The position numbers were made by a program, and so were the translations under genes. Shown piece by piece: positions 54,461 through 64,000 of a stretch of DNA of 64,000 nucleotides. The notes below the pieces were generated by a model. That model did not search any database. It was not told where the DNA came from and was given only the letters and a program-made list of their open reading frames with translations. Source of the stretch: the human T2T-CHM13v2.0 reference genome, Homo sapiens; the NCBI RefSeq assembly GCF_009914755.1, contig NC_060938.1. One strand, 5' to 3'. How positions within the stretch are numbered: position 1 is the stretch's first letter; each line of letters opens with the position of its first letter.

Positions 54461-54491
54461 GAAGATATTTTTATAAAGAGGAGATGAATAT

Positions 54492-54788
54492 AGGAGCAGT
54501 GGCTTACACCTATAATCCCAGCACTTCGGGATGCTAAGGTGGGAGGATTGCTTGAGCCTGGGAGTTCAAGACCCGACAGGGCAACATAGTGAAACCCCAT
54601 CCTTAAAAACTTAAAAAAAAAAAAAAAATCATGGTGGTACATGCCAGTAGTTCGAACTACTCAGGAGGCTGAGGTGGGAGAATCACTAGAGCCCAGGAGT
54701 TTCTGGCTGCAGTGAGCTATGATTGCTCTGCTGTACTCCAACCTGGGTGACAAATTGAGACCCAGTCTCTTAAAAAAAAAAAAAAAAA
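54492..54788 (+). mobile_element. AluJ
   Basis: J diagnostics; TSD AGGAGATGA on both sides. Confidence 0.93.
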
Positions 54789-55299
54789 GGAGATGAGAAA
54801 GTAGGTAGAAGCTGTAGGAGATGTAGGATCAAGTGGGTTTTGCTTTACTTTGAATGCTTGTTTTGTTTTGCTTTTTGTGAAACCATGCTTTTTATTTAAG
54901 ATGGGCTATTCTACAGCAAGTTGATGTGATGCAGAGCAAACTCCAGAGTAAAAGAGTAAATGAGAGAGAATCCAGACTGCCACTGGTGTATAGTTAACAA
55001 CAGTTCCATTATCATTAACGATTAGTTTGTTTCATTCATTGGCTATTCGTTACATGTAAATGTGTGTATCCAGTTCCAGGTCCCAGTGACTCAAAATCTG
55101 CCCCTTCCATTCCAATTCATTTCATTTCTGCCCCAATTTTATATAAAAGATCAAGTTACAAAATGATGAACTCACAGATATCTTACTGAATTTCTCGTAT
55201 TTAACATCTATTGTTCACATGGCTTACTTGTATTTGAGCCTCCAAGTGTCAAGATGCCACAGTGGGAGGGAGAGGAGAAAGGCTTGGGCAGGGGATCAG

Positions 55300-55500
55300 A
55301 GAAGGCACTGCTTTTGGACATGCTTCAGTCACAGCACTAGATGTTCCATGCATATTACTTCATTCAATCCTTACAGAAACCATGCGAAAGTATTAGGGTC
55401 CCCATTTTATCTATGAGGAGACTGAGGCTCAGAAATGTTAAGCATTTGTTAACAGCCATACTACTTGGAAGTACTGGTTTTAAAGTTACAACTCTATTTC
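55300..55500 (-). mobile_element. MIR
   Basis: tcattcaatccttaca...ccccattttatctatgaggagactgaggctcagaaatgttaag. Confidence 0.85.
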
Positions 55501-57068
55501 TTCCAAAGGAGGATCTCTATTTCCTCCAAAGGCTCACCTTTGTTCTTTTCATCACACTGAGAAATATCGCTTTTCGGGGCAGTCAGAAGCAGGTGGTGGG
55601 GAGAATTTGGCTTACAAGGGTATAGAGTATGGCTGCTGGCTGAACAACATCAGACACAGGACAGATGACTGCTGATGTCTGCGTTTTCTCCCACTATTAT
55701 TGTCTAAATAAAATTATAGACCATTACCTGATGATTTGTAAGAACAGGTACTAATATTTTCCCCATATGTTATAATCATAATCAGCTACCTGAAATAATT
55801 ATCAAAATTTCCAGTGAGTTTGGATGCCATTTGATATATGCATGGTCCTGTCATTTGAAGTGTTACTAGCATCACTCCACAGATATATTAAGCTCATTTA
55901 TAGCAATCCATTCTTTAACTTTTATCATTGAATGAGAGCCCAAACAAGAAAGAACTGAAAAAATGTGGCAACATATACATAGACTGCCATCTGCCAGGGT
56001 GGGCTCTTGGAAAGTCAGCAACCATTCCAGGCTTCCTCTCTTTTTAGAACTGGACTCCATTTCCCTTGGCCTAAAGGCAGAACAAAAATCTCACATTCAA
56101 ATACCTCAATTCAGTACAGCAAAATCACTCAGACTGTGTATGAATGGGTAGGAGAGTTTATTGAATAATCCAAATGTCATTGCTTTTCTTTATATTCTCC
56201 ATTGTATGAAGCCAGCTGCCTTTTAATTTCTACTATATTTGTAACACATATTTGCAAAAATTTTCCATAACATTTTATTCCTGACAGATGCACCGTGGTC
56301 ATATATAGCTGGGTCCAAATTGTTTCCATTACAGAAGAAAAATGTGGATTTCAGAAAAATATTTTTCCTCAGATAAACCATGAAAAACTTTCAAGGATGC
56401 TGGATTTTTTTTTCTTGTAAACAATTTCAGCTTTCATTTGTCAGATTGCCAAGAGCTTGGGATACTTTGGTAAATTGAATTGAAGTTTGCTTTTTGAAAT
56501 TAACTCTTTGTGTCTTTGGCTTATTACCTTACTACCAGGATAAAATCAATATTTAACAAATTTAAATTAGTTGCCTAGCTTTACATTATGCATTGCTGAA
56601 AATCAAAGATTGGTAAAGGGTAAAGCATCTAAAGCAATATTAGGTCTGCGAATGTAGGAGCTAAACTCTGTGGGAAAAGCTGTAGAATGTTTTGTTCCAA
56701 AGCACAAAACAGGGAAGGAAGAGCTGGAACTAGAACCACTTGCCAACCCTCGGTACTGAATTCATTTCTCTATATTATTGCTTAACAGGCACGCCTGGTC
56801 TGCAGATGAAGAGCTTAAGAGTTTGGTTGAAAATAAAAGTTTTCAACATATTTAAAATAAACAATTCTATCAGTTGAGGATTTTGTTTTTGTTTTCCACT
56901 CTATCTAAAAGTCCCAAACTCTGTGGCTTTGTGTTCAGTCCACTTAATAACTCTAAGTTATTTAATAAGGCTCAGTCTATTAATTTATTTTATCAAAGAC
57001 CTCATATTTAAAATGGCATTTTTATGACTTATTTGTAGGTTACATCTGAATGTGTCCTAAAAGCAAGC

Positions 57069-57440
57069 TGTATTAGTCTGTTCACCCACTGCTATAAGGA
57101 CATACCCAAGACTGGGTAATTTATAAGGGAAAGAGGTTTAATTGACTCACAGTTCAGCATGGCTGGGGAGGCCTCAGGAAACTTACAATCATGGTGGAAG
57201 GGGAAGCAAACACATCCTTCTTCAGGAGAAGTGCAGAGCGTGAAGGGGGTGGGCTGTGGGAGAGCGTCTTATAAAACCATTGGATCTTGTGAGAACTCAC
57301 TCACTATCATGAGAACAGCACGAGAGTAACCATCCCCATGATGCAATTACCTCCCACCAGGTCCCTCTCTCAAGATATGGGGATTATGGGAACTACAATC
57401 CAGGATGAGATTTGGGTGGGGACACAGCCAAACCATATCA
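57069..57440 (-). mobile_element. THE1C/D (MaLR) solo LTR
   Basis: tgtattagtctgttc...gagatttgggtggggacacagccaaaccatatca; 5-bp TSD CAAGC at 57064-57068 and 57441-57445. Confidence 0.96.
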
Positions 57441-58474
57441 CAAGCTAAATATGTATGCTATTGTAAATGCATTAACTGATGGGATGGGAGGAAGAGAAAA
57501 TTACAGCACATTTCACCTCCATTTTGTAAACTTGAGTTTCTTTCTTTCTGATTTATTATGAGTCAGATAAGATCCAGAGATCCACGGAGTTCTGAAAATG
57601 TCTCGACAATGAACATCACATTCCACAGTGAGAAACTCAGCTCTGATCTGGGAACTTGGATTCTCATTCACCATGCGCAGTCTTGCTTACTCCCTAACAT
57701 GTCTTGTTTTCCTTCAACATCATGGGAACTTTCTTTATTTTTCCCGTCCGTTAAATAGACCTCTCTTTTTCCCGAATTTCTGATCCCTTCAAGGGCCTTA
57801 AAATTTAATTTAATCAAATCAAGTTATAAAGTGATGCAAATAAAATATTCCCATATATTGGAACAATATTTATGTATAAGAAATGATAAATTTTAAGAAA
57901 CTCTTAAAAAGATTAGAATATATGAAATGTCCCACCTTCAAGAATTTTTAAGTGTATTCTTGGATAATCACTCAATGGAATTTACATAATTTTTTAAAGC
58001 TTGTAAAGACCTGCAATAATATAAAAAAGTTTCTTTTATTATGTAAAGTGAAAAAAGGACACACACTTTTATAATTAATATGACAATTGTGGAATAAAAA
58101 ACTTTGCATAAAAGTGCTAGGATTTGCCCAATATATATTAACAGTATTTTCCCATGGGTAGTGGTATTATTTAAAGGCACTTCCTACTTTTAAATATTTC
58201 TTAAATTTTATTTAACTTGTTTATTCAGAAAAATACTTATATATCATGAAGTATATAAGTCATGTTTTCTACTAAGTGTTGTAGATAGAATTGTGATTGG
58301 GATAGGTAAAAGGAATTCTCCAACTGCATGCTAAGACTAATAAAAAATCACAAATCAAAATAACCAGCACACAATTAATTAAGTACTATGATGGCAAACG
58401 CCGTTTTCTAAGAGAATATAAAGATCAGTGCCCCAAATTTGGAAGGCAGGGTAAGAAAGGGAGTCTGGAATAGA

Positions 58475-59560
58475 ATAGTTTCAGCTGCAATTAATAGAAA
58501 TTATGACACAGCATGTTTTAAAACATAATAAATATATTGGCTTATGTGGTTTGAATTGCATCTCTCGAAAATATATTTTGAAATCCTAACATCTGTACCT
58601 ATGAACAGTATTTGGAAGTAGGGTTTTTACATATGTAATCAAGTTAAAATGAGGTCATCCTAGGTTAGAGTGGGCCCTAATCCTGAATGGCAATGTCCTT
58701 GTAAAGATTTGGAGATGGACACAGAGGAGACACATACGCACAAAAGAGAATGCCATGTGAAGATGGAGGCAGATACTGGAGTGACGCAGCTACAAGCCGG
58801 GAACTCCAAAGATTGCAAGCAACCACCAGAAGCTAGGAGAGAGGCATGGATCAGTTTCTCCAGCAGGGCCCTCAGAAGGAACCAATCCAGTGGACACCTT
58901 GATTTTGGACTTCTGACTGTATGACCTGTGAAAGAACAAATTTGCATTGTTTTAAGTCAACCAGTTTGTGATAATTTTTTAATGAAACCCTGATAAACTA
59001 ACATAGATCATATAATTGGAAACCTAAAATGCAGGTACAGTTCAGAGCTAGCTTAACTCAGTGGCTGCCATTTTATTTCTTCCTTGTATGGTCAGTTATC
59101 TGTGCCTTCTTCTTGGTGATAGCATTGTCCTCTCTTAAATAAATGACTGTAGCAGTTTGTAGCTTTACAGTCACACAACACATGCAGAAGACGAGTTTGT
59201 CTCTTTGCATGTCTATTTCTTTAGAAAAGAGAAAAAAGTTCCTAGAAGCCCCTCACAAACTTTAGGTTGTGTTTCATTAGCCCAGATATCTACTTCCAAG
59301 TCAATATCCTTGGCTAAGAGGATGCTGTGAGTAATTAATTCAGCCTGGCTTCTTGCCCCATTCACTGGAAAGACAGATAGTATGGCTTCTTTACAATCAG
59401 GCCATCTTAGGGTCTTGGAAGTGTCCTTTGCTGAGGCCTATGGGCTCTATGGTGGCCAAGTGGACAAGAACAAGAGCAGTCATCTTTCAGGTAGGAGGGT
59501 AGGAGTCCAGGGTTGGGGCTGGGGTGGATGGATGCTGGGGAGGCAACAAACATGCCACTT
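58475..59560 (-). mobile_element. MLT1J/K-type LTR interrupted by MLT1C
   Basis: tttcagctgcaattaatagaaa...tattggct | catataattggaaa...cctagaagcccc...tttcattagcccaga...atgctggggaggcaac. Confidence 0.65.
58543..59005 (+). mobile_element. MLT1C (MaLR) solo LTR nested in an older MLT1
   Basis: gtaatcaagttaaaatgaggtcat...gccatgtgaagatggaggcaga...caccagaagctaggagagaggcatgga...gacaccttgattttggacttc. Confidence 0.9.
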
Positions 59561-59574
59561 TTCAGCCTAGGTCA

Positions 59575-59990
59575 ATCCCCAGCTGAGACGGAAAGACATG
59601 AAAGTTAAATAGGATTAACATGGCAAAAGAGGAAACAGCGAAGGAGAAGGTCCCTGGGGAATTGGGACACCTATGAGGTTGAGGAGAGAGAGGAGATGAC
59701 AGGTAGTGGGCAGGGCCTTTCAAATCCCCTTAAAGTACTTTGACTTTATCTTAAGAACCAGTAGAACATTTTTAGGAGAATGATATAAGCATGTAGTATT
59801 ATTAGGCTGGTGTTTTCAGTAGGGTTTCAGTGATGAGAATGTCTTACAAATTAAATCTAGAAATTATAATATTGAGTGGGGGAAGTTATTGGAGTAATTT
59901 AGGTAAGAGAGAATCGTGGCCTAGCCTGGAGTGTTGGCCTTCAAGATGCAAAGAAGAGGATTAATTTAGATCCATAGAGGAGGAGACATG
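59575..59990 (-). mobile_element. L2 fragment
   Basis: taaagtactttgactttatcttaag...aggtaagagagaatcgtggcctagcctggag. Confidence 0.55.
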
Positions 59991-61091
59991 AGCTATTAAA
60001 TATTTAAATGTATTTAAATATGTGTGTGTGTAAATACACATATACATGCACACACATGTAAGTACTAATCAATTACCTCACCTGAACAGAAGTTGGTTTA
60101 TATTAATGTCAAGCTGTTTCATTTTGTATGAAAGCTGAAAAATCGAAACACAGGCTGGGTCATTAGCTGCTCCTTATCTACTAGCTGCTACCACCTTCTT
60201 CTACTCATAATAGCTTATGATATTCTGACTTGACTAAAATGGCATTTAACTGAAAAAACACAACCTATTTATCCTACTTCCCTCAATAAGTCTTCTAACT
60301 TATTATTCACACATGCTACAATCTCATCAACAGCTCTGAATTCTGCTGTGACATACAATCTTGTCTACAAAAACCATCCAGCATGCACAGGGATTTGTTT
60401 AATGGGGTCTTGTCTAGACCAGCTCACAAGATGCCCCTATGCTCAATACCATGGGGGAGTGTAGCCAACCACCACCATATCTGCATGCATTAGATAATAA
60501 ACTCTTTTATTCTAAATTCCTTTTATTACTCCTCCATTCTTCCCGTTCTTCTCTACTCCATTCAGAAAATGTGAAGTACAACAAAGAGGTAATGGGATAC
60601 CAAGACACACACAGAACCCCTTGATCATACAGAAAAGAGAAGGATTTGTACCAACTAGAAACCTTTTCCCTGGAGTAGTGAGGGGAAAGGAGGGAAAGAA
60701 GTAAGGGGGGAGAGTGGGAGGAAGTAGATAGAGAAATAAAGATGTGCAGGTTTTAAGTGCATAAAAAGGAACGAATACTAAACATCTTGCTTCTTAAAAA
60801 CAACACCAGGAAGATATCAGTACTCTCAAAAGGCATAACTGTGGTAAACATCTGGGCAATTAGAATCATAGACAATGTCACAAAATTTGTAGACCCTGGG
60901 CAGATAAGTAAATAGCAGAACTCTCCTGGACTTAGAGAGGCCTTGTCCACAGGCACAATTTTTATTTAACCTGAGTGAACCCATATCAGGATGGATGAAG
61001 ATTCTCTTATTTCTTTCCCCAGACCTAGGTGCAACATAGGACTCCATAACTGTGTGATAAACTTGATTCGGAGAAACAATGGAAAAGTTTT

Positions 61092-61172
61092 ATGTTTTAT
61101 CCTGACTCACAGTGGAATAAAAAAAAATGTTAATGTTTTATCCTGCCTCACAGTGGAATAAAAAAATAGTTA
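61092..61172. repeat. Two-copy ~41-bp tandem duplication
   Basis: atgttttatcctg(a/c)ctcacagtggaataaaaaaa occurs twice. Confidence 0.9.
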
Positions 61173-61294
61173 TATTATTTGCACACCTGAACTTGTGGAC
61201 GAAATTCACATCCACATGTCCTTTTAAGAAATTGTACAATCAACTATTTCAAGTCCAGTGATAATATCAGGAATTATAACACATTTTTCATTTG

Positions 61295-61790
61295 ATTTGT
61301 ATTATCCTGCAAGTAACGGAAAAAGTATGGCACAAGCAAACAGGTGTTTGTGTTTGTCCATTTTGCTTTTTTTTGTTTGTTTATTCCCAGATAATAAAAG
61401 GTAGACATTTTCAGGTATTGGGTTCAAAAACTAAGTGATGTCATCTGGGACCCAAACATGTCACTTCTGCCATGCCTTCTATGTTAGGTGTCACTCATGC
61501 TTGTCTCCTCATTGTCACACCCCCAATATCATGTTAATTTTCAAAGTAAGTAAAAGAGAAAAGATAGGTGCCCACTATGCCTGAACCTCTTTTTTTTTTT
61601 TTTCCAAGAGATTTCCCAGGAAGCTCTAGTTCTCACTGACCATCTAATGGTATGCCTAACTATAGCATACCATTATAGGTATGGTAGGGATACTGAGGCC
61701 AAGCATATTGCTGTAATAAATACAATCAGGATTATATTAGCAAGGAATCTGGGGGAAGGTTATGGGTTATGCAACTGACAGTGTTTCCAA
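61295..61790 (-). mobile_element. MLT1J-like LTR
   Basis: ctgcaagtaacggaaa...gatgtcatctgggaccca...gcatattgctg...aatcaggattatattagcaagga...gcaactgacagtgtt. Confidence 0.65.
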
Positions 61791-63249
61791 TTCACTAATG
61801 AAGAAATAAGATGGGAAAAAAGCCTTCTCTAATTGTTTCCTAGTACTTGTCATTAATCTTTCTTACTCGCAAGCCTAAAGTTTACTTGAACATTGCCAGG
61901 ACAGGACAATGAAATGAGTAATTTAATATGGTTGTGTGTTGATGATGGATTTTACATCTACTATTTTATAGTATCCCCGTTGCCTTCTCTGTTTATCAAA
62001 CACTGATTGCTATCAGTGCCCTAAGCCTCCAGTAAAAAAAAAAAAAAGAAAGAAAATTGTGGCTCTTTTCCTGTTTACTTTCTATTTATACTCCTCGAAT
62101 TAAAATAAACTTCAGCCATAAGTGAAATCCATATGCTGTCAGGGTTGGTGAGTTTTGATAATACTGGACAAATCCTAAATTAAGAATGTACACTTGAGTG
62201 CTGATTGTGAAGCCCAATGGCATAGAAGCATAAATCCCTCTATAGTCATTCCCATATGTGAAAACAGGGAGTAGGGTTGGTGGTGCTTGAGGACAGATCG
62301 TTAGATGACTTATTTAATATCCTCTCCTATTGATGAAGGTATGCTAGCCAAACTGGCATCTATCACAAAAGTGCAAAGTACAGGCAAGTAGGAATAAAAG
62401 GAAAGAGATGGTGTGGCTTTGCAGAGAGCCCCTCTTCTTAAGCCATTTATCAGTGATGATGGATGTCAGCCCTAAAGTTAAAACTGATAAAGCACAAATC
62501 TTATACATGTTACTTCTTTGGAAGAAGGACAAAAAAGGCCAGTAAAATATTCTTCATACTCTGACTTACTTTGGCATTTATTTATCATCAAGAATGAGCT
62601 CACATTTGCCTGATAACACCACGGCCTTCCTTGAAAATGTACACAACCTAATCATGGTCTAAATATGCTATGCCACTTTTAATTTATTTGTTATTGCTTG
62701 GTTTCTATTAAGATTCAAGCCATGCCAAAGGTATTCTCATGCGATTTTTTAAATGTACATTTGTATTTATTTGTATGGTGTGGTGATATTTTTCCTGGAA
62801 TACTGAGTTACATTCATTCACTAATTCTTTATTTCAACACCAAATATATATTTAATATTCATTTATATGCTTGCTGCTACACATAGGGTGGTTACCAAGA
62901 CAAAAGGAAGCTTCAGACCTTCTGAACTGATAGCAGCTGTTTGGGCAACACAGTTTAGCACCCTGTAGAATTTGTGAAACACAGGTTCTGTCCCTTCACA
63001 CATATTTAGTACCGAATCTAACCTAGTTTTTCTCCTGCCAGTCTCTATTATACACTTAGAAGTATAAGGCAGAAGCCATATCTTCATTTGATTTAGAATA
63101 AAAGACGAAAGAAGAGAAATCAGGAACATGTCCTTGTAAATATAACAGGATTTGAAGTCCCTCAGGCGCTGATAGTCATCCTCTAGATTTTTGTTGCCCC
63201 AGAACCTTCCTTGTAACTTCTGTTTCAGAATTGTGTATCTTAGAAATCA

Positions 63250-63635
<386 letters not shown>

Positions 63636-63689
63636 TTAGTCATTGTTTGACAAATATTTGCATTTCTACTGAGAACATGGAGAAATATT

Positions 63690-63910
63690 AATGCTTTTAT
63701 CAGTTTAATCAGTTTTGCTATACATATCTTGCTTTTTTTGGTGCATACACATTTAAGTTGCTATGGCTTTTTAGTGGATTGACTCTTCTATTCTTATAAA
63801 ATGTCTCTCTGCCTCTTTTAATTTATTTTTCTCTGAGGCTTACTTTATCTTATATTTATATAGCTACTGTTTCTTTCATTTCATTAATAAATGCATAATC
63901 TATGTCTTCA
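63690..63910 (-). mobile_element. Old L1M ORF2 (endonuclease region) fragment
   Basis: ggtgcatacacatttaagttgctatg...gtggattgactcttctattcttataaaatgtc...atatagctact. Confidence 0.65.
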
Positions 63911-64000
63911 TTATTTTAAGAATGAATTCTTCATTATTTTAAGAATCTTTTGCCATATAGAATATTTTGTAGCTTTCACCTGTAACTATTAAAATAATCT

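Noticed and set aside
59497-59540. Potential G-quadruplex
   Set aside because: Needs a long loop, lies in a decayed LTR, and has no promoter context.

Overview
AT-rich primate (very probably human) non-coding genomic DNA with no CpG island and no protein-coding exon that I can support. Much of it is interspersed repeat: 20 Alu copies (J, S and Y types), L1PA/L1MA/L1M fragments, many MIR and L2 relics, DNA transposons (MER5A, MER58A, Tigger3a) and LTRs (a complete solo LTR7/HERV-H, THE1, MLT1A0, MLT1C nested in MLT1J/K, LTR16, a probable ancient Gypsy-type LTR and an 80-bp HERV-K LTR5 stub). The only gene-derived sequence is a decayed processed RPS26 pseudogene on the minus strand (about 50437-50845). 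The other listed ORFs are repeat-derived or chance. I found no convincing new multi-gene system. The most interesting signals are: an L1 insertion with both a 5' inversion and a 3' transduction; an LTR7up-type pluripotency promoter; four fold-back (templated inverted) scars at repeat breakpoints; and candidate enhancer motifs (paired GRHL palindromes, and AP-1/CRE sites in a duplicated Gypsy-like LTR segment). Repeat family names come from my recall of consensus sequences and were not checked against a database.
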